Source of the DNA: Candidatus Shapirobacteria bacterium
GTDB lineage: Bacteria; Patescibacteriota; Microgenomatia; UBA12405
DNA length: 64,000 bases
Direction of reading: 5' to 3'
Assembly: GCA_041659325.1 (NCBI GenBank)
Contig: JBAZYN010000002.1
Location: 206,082 to 270,081, forward strand
Below, in pieces: positions 1-9,296 of this stretch. The notes below the pieces were generated by a model, which was not told the DNA's origin, made no database searches, and saw only the letters and a program-made list of their open reading frames with translations. The position numbers and the translations under genes were made by a program. Each line of letters starts with the position of its first letter. The first letter of the stretch is position 1.

Positions 1-1752
1 GTCGATCTTGACGGTTCTATTGATATCTTGGTGGGAGCTTTTATGACGGGGTACAACTCCCGGGAGGAATCCGGTTCGCTTTATACCATTTTGAATTTCC
101 CGCATACTATTGATGTTGAGGCGGTTTCCAACAATCAGCCGTTGTCGACGGTGGTTTTGACCGGTTCGGTGGGAGCGACGAATTCGGTGACTAATATAAG
201 CGGGGTTCAATACCGGGTGGACAGCAATCAATTGACAGGGACATGGAGCGCGTGTACGGCTGATGACGGGGCTTTTGACAGTCGATTGGAGGATTATAGC
301 TGCGAAATTAGCGGCCTTGCGAACGGATCACACACCGTTTATGTAAGGGCTTATGATGAGAATATTTCATATACGGTTCGGGGCAATTTTGCCTCGACGA
401 CATTTACGGTTTTGGCACCGACTCCGGATATCACGAATGTCGGGACTTCTTCTCTTGATACCGGAGTGACGATTACCTGGGTGACGGAAGAAGCAGCGTC
501 GTCTCAGGTTTATTACGGACTAACTTCCGGATATGGGACAACGACGACGGTGACGGATACTTCGCCGCTGGTGACCAACCATAGGGTGTCACTATCTTTA
601 CTTCAGCCCTGTGCTATCTATCATTATCAGGCGAAATCTGTTGATAGCGAGGGCAATGAAAAATTCAGCAGTGATGGGACTTTTTCAACGACAGGTTGTA
701 CGGTAGCAGCTGCCTCCGAGTCGATGTTTGACAAAGTAATTACCGATATTTCGGGCGGGGAGGTCCCGAAACAATTTGTTGATTCTCAGGGTAATAATTT
801 GGGAATTTCGCTGACGATACCTGCTTCTTCGATTGGTGTCTCTGAGGCTAGTTTCCAAATTCAACAATTTAATAAATTTACGACATTTTCTTTGATTCCG
901 TCGCCTCCCGACTATAATCCGGTGAGTGGTTATATCTATGAACTTCGGGCGTTTGATTTGGCGACTACTGAGGCGGTCGGCAGTTTTAGCCAACCGCTGG
1001 GTATTAGCATTAATTACAACCAGAGTGATTTGGGAAATGATATTGATGAATCGACTTTAACGATTTACCGGTATCATGATGCTGCCTGGAGCCAACTTTC
1101 TTCTTGCCAAATAAATACCGGTTTGCGACGGGTGACGTGCAGTACGACAGGTTTTTCGTTGTTTGTATTGGTGGGCAAAAACAAAGTTGTTTCTGCGGCT
1201 AATCTGACTCCGGAGTGTGGTGATCCAAAACCATTTTCGGCGCCCGATCTGTTTGAAGTTTATACCTTCGCCACCTCGGCCACCATGAAATTTACCCCGA
1301 TTAACAATACGAGCCAATTTTATATTTCATTTTCTTCGGTCAATACTAACGGCGAAGAACACGGGGAGCAAGTGACTCTTGGCCGGGAAGGAGAACAAAA
1401 TCACACGGTTTACCATCTTAAACCCAATACGGTCTATTACTTTAAAGTCAGAGGCCAATTGGGCTGTCAGCCCGGAGAGTGGAGCAAAATATTGACCGCC
1501 AAAACCACAACCGGAAAAAGAACGGCCAGATACTACCCTAATTCCTTAATTCTCAAACCGAAGGTTATGGTGTCGTCAAATTCTGCCAAAACTTCCTCTG
1601 TTCTGGGGGCTCAATCACCTACGCTTGAGGTAGAGGTGGAGCCAACTTTGACCCCAATCCCGACTGTTTCTGTCCCTCCCAAGCCTACTCCTTCTGCTTC
1701 CGTCACTCCAACTCCAAAATCATGTTTCCGTTTTTTGTGGTGGTGTTGGTGA
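1..1752 (+). CDS. cell-surface protein with FN3-like beta-sandwich repeats and a Thr/Pro-rich C-terminal tail; 5' partial (frame open to window start; first ATG at 28)
   Basis: The frame-1 ORF has no stop from base 1. FN3-like segments are present (TITWVTEEAASSQVYYGLTSGYGTT). The C-terminus is a PT-rich linker (EPTLTPIPTVSVPPKPTPSASVTPTPK). Confidence 0.5.
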   Translation, partial: VDLDGSIDILVGAFMTGYNSREESGSLYTILNFPHTIDVEAVSNNQPLSTVVLTGSVGATNSVTNISGVQYRVDSNQLTGTWSACTADDGAFDSRLEDYSCEISGLANGSHTVYVRAYDENISYTVRGNFASTTFTVLAPTPDITNVGTSSLDTGVTITWVTEEAASSQVYYGLTSGYGTTTTVTDTSPLVTNHRVSLSLLQPCAIYHYQAKSVDSEGNEKFSSDGTFSTTGCTVAAASESMFDKVITDISGGEVPKQFVDSQGNNLGISLTIPASSIGVSEASFQIQQFNKFTTFSLIPSPPDYNPVSGYIYELRAFDLATTEAVGSFSQPLGISINYNQSDLGNDIDESTLTIYRYHDAAWSQLSSCQINTGLRRVTCSTTGFSLFVLVGKNKVVSAANLTPECGDPKPFSAPDLFEVYTFATSATMKFTPINNTSQFYISFSSVNTNGEEHGEQVTLGREGEQNHTVYHLKPNTVYYFKVRGQLGCQPGEWSKILTAKTTTGKRTARYYPNSLILKPKVMVSSNSAKTSSVLGAQSPTLEVEVEPTLTPIPTVSVPPKPTPSASVTPTPKSCFRFLWWCW

Positions 1753-1789
1753 TGAGATGAGATGGGCAGAGATGATGACGGATATTGAC

Positions 1790-1818
1790 TTGACAAGAGG
1801 GGAGTAATACCTTAGAAT
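1790..1818 (+). promoter_or_regulatory. candidate sigma70-type promoter upstream of rho (TTGACA, 17-nt spacer, TAGAAT)
   Basis: ttgaca at 1790-1795 and tagaat at 1813-1818, about 80 bp upstream of the rho start. Confidence 0.3.
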
Positions 1819-1896
1819 TAGTTGTTTCATGAGTTTTTCCCGCACGATGTGTGTTATTGTACTTTTCCCCTATTTAGAAATTTCAAAAAATAAAAA

Positions 1897-3243
1897 ATGC
1901 TGAAGAAAGTTGGCGAGCCTGATGAGGCTAGTGTTAAGGTTGTTACAGCGGTCGAAGAAGTAAAAGTTGCTCTGCCGGAAGTGGCGGCAGCCAAAGATAA
2001 GCCGGTGCAGGTTGAAAAAACCGAGGTGCCAAGATCGAGGGTGGAGATAAAACAACCGGTAAGAATCGCTTCACAACCAATCCAAGTAAAGCCTCAGTTG
2101 CAACCACAGCCACAAGTACAGGCGCAATTAAATTCTAATTTTGAAAACATTAACGGTATTTTGGAGATAATGCAGGATGGACAGGGATATATTAGGCCTA
2201 AGTTTAATCCATCAGCAAAGGATGTGTTTATCGGCTCGATGCAGGTTCGGAGATACAACCTGAGGTTTGGGGATTTGATAAGCGGAGTGGCTAAATCACC
2301 CAAGGATGGGGACAGGTATTGGGGGTTGGTGAGGCTTGATAAGGTAAACGGAATGGAGTTGGCTTCAGCCGGTAGAAGACCGGATTTTAGAGATTTGGTA
2401 CCAATATATGCCCAAAAACAGATAAAGCTCGAGACGGACAAGGAAATATTGTCGACGAGGATTATCGATTTGTTTTGCCCGATTGGTTTCGGACAGAGGG
2501 GGATGGTAGTGTCGCCGCCAAAGGCAGGAAAGACGGTTTTGCTAAAAGAGATCGCGGCAGGGGTGACAAGAAACTATCCTGAAGTTCACCTAATGGCAGT
2601 ACTTGTGGGGGAAAGACCGGAGGAAGTGACAGATATGCAGAGATTCATAAAAGGAGAGGTAATTGCTTCTAGCTTTGATCAGAAACCTGAAGAACAGACC
2701 AGGGCGGCCGAGATTGCGATTGAGCGGGCAAAAAGATTGGTAGAACTGGGGAAAGACGTAGTGATGGTTTTTGATTCGATCACGAGACTGGCTCGGGCTT
2801 ATAATTTGGCGATTCCGACTTCAGGAAGAACACTGTCGGGAGGATTTGACCCGGCAGCGCTTTATCCATCGAAGAAATTTTTTGGAGCGGCAAGAAAAAT
2901 TGAAAACGGAGGATCGCTAACCATTATCGGGACGGCTTTGGTTGATACCGGGTCAAAAATGGATGAATTGATTTTTGAGGAATTTAAGGGCACAGGAAAT
3001 ATGGAACTGAGGCTTGACAGAAGGTTGGCGGAGAGAAGGATATTTCCGGCGTTTGACATCTTAAAGTCGGGGACGCGGAAGGAGGAATTGCTTTTGGGTG
3101 AAAGTGAGCTGAGTAAAATTATTGCAATCCGGAGGATGTTTGATGTTATTGATGACAGTAACGGAGCAACAGAGATGATTATCGAGCAGATGTTAAAATC
3201 AAAGAATAATGATGAATTTTTGGCAAAAGTGGGGAAAAAATAG
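1897..3243 (+). CDS. rho: transcription termination factor Rho (with N-terminal Q/P-rich extension)
   Basis: Rho RecA-like core including P-loop: FCPIGFGQRGMVVSPPKAGKTVLLKEIAAG...LVGERPEEVTDM...RRIFPAFDILKSGTRKEELL. Confidence 0.9.
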   Translation: MLKKVGEPDEASVKVVTAVEEVKVALPEVAAAKDKPVQVEKTEVPRSRVEIKQPVRIASQPIQVKPQLQPQPQVQAQLNSNFENINGILEIMQDGQGYIRPKFNPSAKDVFIGSMQVRRYNLRFGDLISGVAKSPKDGDRYWGLVRLDKVNGMELASAGRRPDFRDLVPIYAQKQIKLETDKEILSTRIIDLFCPIGFGQRGMVVSPPKAGKTVLLKEIAAGVTRNYPEVHLMAVLVGERPEEVTDMQRFIKGEVIASSFDQKPEEQTRAAEIAIERAKRLVELGKDVVMVFDSITRLARAYNLAIPTSGRTLSGGFDPAALYPSKKFFGAARKIENGGSLTIIGTALVDTGSKMDELIFEEFKGTGNMELRLDRRLAERRIFPAFDILKSGTRKEELLLGESELSKIIAIRRMFDVIDDSNGATEMIIEQMLKSKNNDEFLAKVGKK

Positions 3244-3262
3244 AGAGACAAACAGCCTTAAA

Positions 3263-3436
3263 GCCATGCCTGCCGGCAGGCAGGTCGAAAGTCTAAAAGT
3301 CGGAAAGTCGAAAGTCTAAAAGTCTGAAAGACTGAAAGATTAATAGTCTAAAAGTCGAAAGTCTAAAAGTCTGAAAGACTGAAAGATTAATAGTCTAAAA
3401 GTCGAAAGTCTAAAAGTCTGAAAGACTGAAAGATTA
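3263..3436. repeat. 24-bp palindrome GCCATGCCTGCCGGCAGGCAGGTC followed by about 3 tandem copies of a 47-bp unit built from GTCNAAA(A) sub-repeats ('KSESLK' family)
   Basis: Direct reading: tagtctaaaagtcgaaagtctaaaagtctgaaagactgaaagattaa x3. The interspersed segments are not unique, so this is not a CRISPR array. Confidence 0.8.
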
Positions 3437-3439
3437 AAG

Positions 3440-4540
3440 ATGATAAATAAAAAATTTTTTGAAGAAGAATCAAAATTAATTAGAGAGTTTTTTGTTGACC
3501 AAAGTCGTTTTTGGGAAGGGGTGTTGGCGGTGTGGTTGGGGTGGGCAGGAATTATAAAAAATAGCCTGAGCAAGATGATGTACCGGCAGAGAGGCCGATT
3601 TAGCCAAACTTTTGTTAATGTCAGTATGGCGGCGTTGTCGTTTCTGGTGATAGTGTTTTCCGGAAAAGTTGAAGAACTGATTACATTTTCGGGAAATAAA
3701 GATGCCGGAGGAAGTAATTATTTGATTATGGCGGCGGACGAAATCGGGGGAGCGGAGACGCAAATATCCAGTTTGCCAAAAGGGGAAACGACCGAGTATC
3801 GGGTGGAGGAGGGGGATACGATATCAGCGATTGCGGTGAAGTTTGGGGTGTCGATTGACACAATTATGTGGGAAAATAACTTAAAGTCAGTAGATCAAAT
3901 TAAGCCGAAACAGATACTAAAGATACTTCCTGTAACAGGGATGAGGTATAAGGTTACCAGAGGAGAGACTATTTATAGTATAGCCAAAAAATTACAGGTT
4001 GACGCACAAAACATTATTGATTACCCTTTTAATACATTTAGCAACGATGAAACTTTTGCTTTGTATGCCGGTCAGGAGCTGATAGTGCCGGACGGAATAA
4101 AACCGAAGGAAGTAGTTATTGATCAGGCCAGATACGTGGCCAGGACGGTGGCGCCAATTCCGGGAGTTCAGGGGGAAGGTAATTTTATGTGGCCAACTGC
4201 GGGGCGTATCAGCCAGAGGTCGTCTTGGTATCACACGGCAGTTGATATTGCTTCCAAAGACGGACCGAACATCCAAGCAGCTCAGGGCGGGACGGTGGTG
4301 ACGGCGGGATGGAATGCCGGAGGTTATGGCAACTATGTGATTATTGATCACGGTAATGGCTATAAAACTTTGTATGCACACTTATTGAGTAACTCGTTGG
4401 TGGTTCAGGCAGGGCAGAGGGTGGTGCAGGGGCAGAAATTAGGGGTGATGGGAAGCACCGGAAGATCAACCGGCCCTCATCTTCATTTTGAAGTGATTAG
4501 TCCAAAGGGGAAATTGGATCCGTTGACAGTGCTTAAATAG
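3440..4540 (+). CDS. LysM-domain M23-family peptidoglycan endopeptidase (start uncertain; ORF start lies in the repeat array, internal Met near 3575 possible)
   Basis: Two LysM motifs (YRVEEGDTISAIAVKFGVSIDTI; YKVTRGETIYSIAKKLQVDAQNI). M23 motifs HTAVD...GYGNYVIIDHGNGYKTLYAHL...GPHLHFEV. Confidence 0.8.
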   Translation: MINKKFFEEESKLIREFFVDQSRFWEGVLAVWLGWAGIIKNSLSKMMYRQRGRFSQTFVNVSMAALSFLVIVFSGKVEELITFSGNKDAGGSNYLIMAADEIGGAETQISSLPKGETTEYRVEEGDTISAIAVKFGVSIDTIMWENNLKSVDQIKPKQILKILPVTGMRYKVTRGETIYSIAKKLQVDAQNIIDYPFNTFSNDETFALYAGQELIVPDGIKPKEVVIDQARYVARTVAPIPGVQGEGNFMWPTAGRISQRSSWYHTAVDIASKDGPNIQAAQGGTVVTAGWNAGGYGNYVIIDHGNGYKTLYAHLLSNSLVVQAGQRVVQGQKLGVMGSTGRSTGPHLHFEVISPKGKLDPLTVLK

Positions 4541-4567
4541 GGAATATCTGATAAAGTTAGTGTGTAG

Positions 4568-5884
4568 ATGAGAAGAAATGGCCATGCCTGCGGGCAGGCA
4601 GGTTTTACAATTATTGAGTTATTGGTGGCGATATCGATAATGGCAGTATTGTCGGTTATTGCCTTTGGCCAATACAGGCAGTCGAAACTAAAGGCGAACG
4701 ATGTTCGGAGGAAGGCAGATTTGAATTCACTTTATAAAGCGATACTGACGGTATACAACGATTCGGGGGTCTTTCCCTCTAATAGTAGTATCCCCTGGGG
4801 AGTGGGGTTGACGGCCAGTGACGGGACTTCATATATGAAGCAAACACCGGTGGATACAAATCCGGCTTTGCCATATTATGTAGAAACGAGGGATGGGGGG
4901 AAGAAAGTAGCTATTTTTTCGAATTTGGAGAACGTGGAGGATTCGGAATATAACAAATATTGTCCGGGTTGCCCGGGTAATCCGTCGTGCCGGAATTCTA
5001 ATTTTGGTTATCGAGCGGGTAACGGACTGACTTATCACTATGTGGTTTTTAGCTCAAATACATCTTATGGGGATTTTGGATTGAATTGTGATATAGTGGC
5101 GTTACCCACCAGTACACCGGTACCTCCCACTAGTACACCAGTTCCACCGACCAGTACGCCGGTACCTCCCACTAGTACACCAATACCACCAACTAGTACA
5201 CCAGTGGCAGCCACCAGTACACCCGTGTCGGCAACCAGTACACCAGTCCCACCAACCAGTACACCGGTGGCACCGACCACTTCACCGCCGCCACCAACAA
5301 GTACACCGATAGTACCGACACCAACATCAACTTGCACTAATCCGGTGTGTCATAGAGATTGGGATACGGATGGGTACGGTGATCCGGGGGTGGCCAATAA
5401 TACCGGATGTGCATCGTGTGTGGCAGGATATGTTATTGATAATAGCGATTGTTGTGATAACAATAATTTGATAAGACCGGGATCGGCATATTATTCAACT
5501 CCTCACGCATCTTGTGTTGGGGTAGGGAGCACTTGGGATTATGATTGTAGTGGTACAGTTACATTCGCGGTAGGGGCGACTTCTGTGTCACTTGCGGGAA
5601 GGCTAAAATCCGGGGGATATTTTCGATACAGAGGGCCTGATTGTGCAGGATGGTCGCCATCGGAAACCGGATATCTGGGATTTGACGCTCAATATATAAC
5701 TCAGGCTGACTGTGGTAAAAACTATTATCTTTGCGACGATGAGGATCTGTCAGTGTTTGATGACGGCCAGGTGTATTCAAGAAAATCGGCAACAGGTGTT
5801 TGTGAAAATATTACCCCGTACTGGATGACAGCGCCCGGGGTTTGTACTTCTCTCGGGTGGCAACAGACAGTTAAGTGTCGATAA
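4568..5884 (+). CDS. type IV pilin-like protein (prepilin N-terminus) with (TSTPVPP)n linker and a Cys-rich C-terminal DTDGYG domain
   Basis: Leader MRRNGHACGQAG followed by FTIIELLVAISIM (class III signal, G/FTxxE). Ten or more TSTPVPP repeats. C-terminal domain CHRDWDTDGYGD...CCDNNNLIRPGSAYY...WDYDCSG, homologous to the ORF 9297-10733 product. Confidence 0.65.
   Translation: MRRNGHACGQAGFTIIELLVAISIMAVLSVIAFGQYRQSKLKANDVRRKADLNSLYKAILTVYNDSGVFPSNSSIPWGVGLTASDGTSYMKQTPVDTNPALPYYVETRDGGKKVAIFSNLENVEDSEYNKYCPGCPGNPSCRNSNFGYRAGNGLTYHYVVFSSNTSYGDFGLNCDIVALPTSTPVPPTSTPVPPTSTPVPPTSTPIPPTSTPVAATSTPVSATSTPVPPTSTPVAPTTSPPPPTSTPIVPTPTSTCTNPVCHRDWDTDGYGDPGVANNTGCASCVAGYVIDNSDCCDNNNLIRPGSAYYSTPHASCVGVGSTWDYDCSGTVTFAVGATSVSLAGRLKSGGYFRYRGPDCAGWSPSETGYLGFDAQYITQADCGKNYYLCDDEDLSVFDDGQVYSRKSATGVCENITPYWMTAPGVCTSLGWQQTVKCR
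4581..4603. repeat. copy of palindrome GCCATGCCTGC(C/G)GGCAGGCAGG, here encoding the pilin leader peptide (GHACGQAG)
   Basis: gccatgcctgcgggcaggcaggtt matches the copies at 3263, 28694 and 54771. Confidence 0.7.
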
Positions 5885-5952
5885 GATAAATTTGCGGTAA
5901 AAAGATATATTTTGTATTTGTGGATTGAGGTGGGGTTTGTTATTCTGAGTTC

Positions 5953-7983
5953 ATGCAGAAGATATTGAAGTGGTATGTAAGAATTGTTATTATGTTGTTT
6001 CCGATTTTCTTTTTGCCGGTAGTTACCGATATATTTGGATTTGGAAAGAGCTGGTTTTTGGGAGTAACGGCACTAATCGGTCTGGTTTTGTGGGTGGCAG
6101 AAATACTGATCACTAAAAAAAATAGTATCAGGGTAAACAAGCCCTTTTGGCTAGTATTGGGGTTGACTGTATGGGCGGGGATTGTGTGGACGAGGCTGAG
6201 TGTGGGAGTGCAGATGAGAACGATGATGGCGCCGATGGGGTGGGGTTTTTTGGTGGCGATGCTGATTTGGTTTTTTCTGTGGTTGCAGGTATCGGAAAAA
6301 GAGGAGACTAATAAACAATTGTGGTTTTTGTCGGTATCGGGGGTGGTGGTAGCGATAACTTCTATGGTGGTTTTTATGATTCCCACGGCTAGGCTGCCAA
6401 TTTTATTGCCGAAGGATAACCCGATCCTGTCTATCGGGCAGGGGTGGTCTGTGACGGGATCACTGATGAGCGAGGTAGCATTTATGCTTTTACTGGTGAG
6501 CCAGTGGGTAAAAAGATTGTTGGCGAAACTAAAAAATAAAGACGGAAGCGATGGGTATATGGTTGAGGCGGTAATGGCAGCGGTTTTCGGACTGGTATTG
6601 CTTTTGGATGTGTATAGACTGGCGACGGGCGGTCTTTTGATGCTGGATAAAAACAGCTCCTGGGTAATTGCAGCAGAGACGCTGAAGCGGTCACCATTTT
6701 TTGGAGTCGGTTTTGGGAATTTTTCCGAAGCATTTAGTCTGTACCGACCGGCACAATATAATTTGACAAAATATTGGGCGAACGGATTTAATACATCCTC
6801 GATGGGAATATTGAATATATGGACGGAACTGGGGATTGTGGGACTGTTGCTGGTAGTAATGTTGGTTAGTGCTTGGGCCAAGACGAAAAGAAGAGGTGAT
6901 TTTTGGTTGGTGGGGATGTTTTTGATTTTGTTTGTCATACTACCAATGGATTTGATGATCTGGTTTGCGGTGATGTGGTTACTAGCGGGAGGTTTGTTTG
7001 AGAGCCGGGAAATAAAATTAACTTTGAATGTGGGCGAAAATAACCTTAATATTGGGCCTTGGATTTTGGGTTTAATTTTGACGAGTGGAGCGATTTTTGG
7101 CGGATATCATTGGGTGAAAATTTTGCGAGGAGAGATGTTTTTGAGGGAGTCCTTTGTGGCTTCATCGAAGAATAACGGCGGGTTGACCTATGATTTGCAG
7201 ATTAAAGCAATCGGACAAAATAACACCTTTGCGGAATACAGAAGAATTTATTCACAAACGAATTTGGGGCTAGCTCAGGTGATGTTGTCAAACAAAGATG
7301 TAACCGACGATGATAAACAAAAAGCATCGACTTTGATTCAACAATCAGTGAGGGAGGCAAAATCAGCGGTAGCCCTGGAAAGTAACAATGCGGTTTATTG
7401 GACAAATCTGGCAGCAATTTATAAGGCCCTGGTGGGATTGGTAGACGGAGCGCCTGATTGGAGTTTTCAGGCATATCAGCAGGCGGCGACGTTGGATCCG
7501 GTTAACCCGTTGATTAAATTGGATATGGGATGGTTGCTGTTTGCGGCCGGAAGGTATGATGAAGCTGATAGGGTGTTTGAACAAGTGGTGGTCAATAAAA
7601 CCGATTATGCCAATGGTTGGTATAACTGGGCATATACGGCCAAAAAAAGTAACAGGTTGGCAGATGCGGTCCAGAGACTTTCTCAGGCGGTGGCGTTAGT
7701 ACCCGTGGATTCAGGTGATTACGAAAAAGCAACGAAAGAACTTTTGGATTGGAAAAAGGAACTGGATGAGGCGATGAAGAAGCAGGCTGATGCTGCGAAA
7801 GCGACGACTGCCAAGCAGGCCGAGACTTTGCAGACGTCTGAACCACTGCCGACTGCTGGAAAAGTGACAGTTCCAAATGAAGAGATGGAACCACCGGAGA
7901 CTCTGCCAATACCGACGGTGGAAGTGGTAACACCAACGCCAACGACTACCGGACCGACAATGACACCAACCGGATCGCCTTAA
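5953..7983 (+). CDS. polytopic membrane protein, O-antigen ligase (Wzy_C)-like, with C-terminal TPR repeats and a Thr/Pro tail
   Basis: More than 10 predicted TM helices in the first ~400 aa. TPR-like helical repeats follow (AVYWTNLAAIYKALVGL...AYQQAATLDPVNPLIKLDMGWLLFAAGRYDEADRVF). Confidence 0.45.
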   Translation: MQKILKWYVRIVIMLFPIFFLPVVTDIFGFGKSWFLGVTALIGLVLWVAEILITKKNSIRVNKPFWLVLGLTVWAGIVWTRLSVGVQMRTMMAPMGWGFLVAMLIWFFLWLQVSEKEETNKQLWFLSVSGVVVAITSMVVFMIPTARLPILLPKDNPILSIGQGWSVTGSLMSEVAFMLLLVSQWVKRLLAKLKNKDGSDGYMVEAVMAAVFGLVLLLDVYRLATGGLLMLDKNSSWVIAAETLKRSPFFGVGFGNFSEAFSLYRPAQYNLTKYWANGFNTSSMGILNIWTELGIVGLLLVVMLVSAWAKTKRRGDFWLVGMFLILFVILPMDLMIWFAVMWLLAGGLFESREIKLTLNVGENNLNIGPWILGLILTSGAIFGGYHWVKILRGEMFLRESFVASSKNNGGLTYDLQIKAIGQNNTFAEYRRIYSQTNLGLAQVMLSNKDVTDDDKQKASTLIQQSVREAKSAVALESNNAVYWTNLAAIYKALVGLVDGAPDWSFQAYQQAATLDPVNPLIKLDMGWLLFAAGRYDEADRVFEQVVVNKTDYANGWYNWAYTAKKSNRLADAVQRLSQAVALVPVDSGDYEKATKELLDWKKELDEAMKKQADAAKATTAKQAETLQTSEPLPTAGKVTVPNEEMEPPETLPIPTVEVVTPTPTTTGPTMTPTGSP

Positions 7984-8056
7984 AATGCGACCGAAATTGA
8001 TAAGGGGACGATTGAAGATGCCTTTTTGAACAGGAAGAAATTAAGAAATCGGGAAA

Positions 8057-9259
8057 TTAGTTGATTATCCACCACTTGAATTCAATCGGTTCAGGGATGG
8101 GGGAATCAAGACCGACAGTGAATGAAGTGTTGGTTTTGGAAATTACACGGAGACTCTGGTGCTTGCCACCTTTTATTACACTGAGATAGACCTGTGAGGA
8201 AGGAGCAAGGTTTTTATTTTGAAGATTGATTTCTTTGGTGGCTGAAGGAAGGGTGGTTTGGCCGGAAAAGGAATTAGTGTCGGTGAGGTTTTCAACATTG
8301 ATGCTTTTTGATGTTTCGGGGGCGGCGATAATCAGACCTGTCCCGATAGGCAAGCCGGAGTCTGCCTGAATGATGGGAGGATTGTCCTGAAGATGGATGG
8401 TGGGGGATGGTGACGTAATTGGTAATCTGTAATCTGTAATCGGTAATTGTTTTGAATCGCTAGAGCTTTGGGAGACTAATTTTTCCAGTGCGAGTTTTTC
8501 ATTTTCAACTTGGGTTTTTTGATCTAGATCGGTAATCAAGGGCAGAAGAGTGGTGTAGGTTTGAAGAGCTTGGGGGATCAGGCCGGTTTGTTGTTGGAGA
8601 CGGGCTAAATCGTAAAAATTTTGGGCTTTGGTGGGCTCCAGAACAACTGTTTGGGTGAGATAGGCAAGGGTTTGAGCAGCATCACCTTTTTTGGCGTACA
8701 TAGAGGCCAAATCACGGGTAATTTCGGCGGAATCGGGGTTGAGCTTTTCGGCGGAGGAGAGATCGGAAATGGCCTGATTAATCAGCTCGGGTTTTGAGCC
8801 GGCAAGGGATTGAAAGATGCGGCTGCGTTGATAATAGCCCCGGTAGTCTTGAGGGAATTCTTTGATGGAATCGGTGGCGGATAAGATGGATTGATTGAGA
8901 AGGCTGATGATAGTTGGTTGAGAGGGCGGACACGTCGGTCCGCCCGTACATGATTGTTGCAATTGGAGAGCTTGGCTGAAATATTGTTGGGAGGTCAGAA
9001 GATAGTGTTGAATTGATTTGGGGACTTGGGTTGGCGAAGGAGATGTAACTGGTAATCTGTAATCTGTAATCTGTAATTGATTAGAATTAGCAGAATCTTG
9101 GGATTTAAATAAAATTAGGGAGCCAAAAGATATGAGGGTGAGGCCGGAAATGGAGATGAGAGGAATAAGGGAGGGTCTCGTATTTTTTGGGGGAGTAGTA
9201 GAAAGTGGTCTAACCCCGAGGGATTCAAGTTTTTGGATTTGGTCGGGGGTGAGATCCAT
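8057..9259 (-). CDS. membrane-anchored TPR-like protein with ITDYRLP(I/V)TSPSPT repeats and C-terminal WWIIN domain
   Basis: N-terminal TM (LIPLISISGLTLISFGSLILF). ITDYRL segments are encoded by the GTAATCW repeat. A GC-rich hairpin copy (8924-8950) sits in frame. The C-terminus ...SFTVGLDSPIPEPIEFKWWIIN matches the C-terminus of the 2584-aa protein. Confidence 0.5.
   Translation of the reverse strand: MDLTPDQIQKLESLGVRPLSTTPPKNTRPSLIPLISISGLTLISFGSLILFKSQDSANSNQLQITDYRLPVTSPSPTQVPKSIQHYLLTSQQYFSQALQLQQSCTGGPTCPPSQPTIISLLNQSILSATDSIKEFPQDYRGYYQRSRIFQSLAGSKPELINQAISDLSSAEKLNPDSAEITRDLASMYAKKGDAAQTLAYLTQTVVLEPTKAQNFYDLARLQQQTGLIPQALQTYTTLLPLITDLDQKTQVENEKLALEKLVSQSSSDSKQLPITDYRLPITSPSPTIHLQDNPPIIQADSGLPIGTGLIIAAPETSKSINVENLTDTNSFSGQTTLPSATKEINLQNKNLAPSSQVYLSVIKGGKHQSLRVISKTNTSFTVGLDSPIPEPIEFKWWIIN
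8414..8448. repeat. GTAATCW heptad repeat in-frame in ORF 8057-9259
   Basis: gtaattggtaatctgtaatctgtaatcggtaattg; the reverse complement encodes ITDYRLPIT. Confidence 0.8.
9045..9078. repeat. GTAATCW heptad repeat in-frame in ORF 8057-9259
   Basis: gtaactggtaatctgtaatctgtaatctgtaatt. Confidence 0.8.
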
Positions 9260-9296
9260 AAATTAGTTTAAGGGATAATTTCGAAATTTTTAGGAG

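Noticed and set aside
3287-3436. Possible CRISPR array (regularly spaced repeats after rho)
   Set aside because: The 47-bp units are fully tandem with no unique spacers. They are built from the same GTCNAAA sub-repeat found throughout the window, including inside genes. No cas genes are nearby. It is a tandem repeat, not CRISPR.
5065-5337. 90-aa minus-strand ORF of (GVLVGGT)n
   Set aside because: Antisense reading of the pilin (TSTPVPP)n repeat. An artefact of the repeat.
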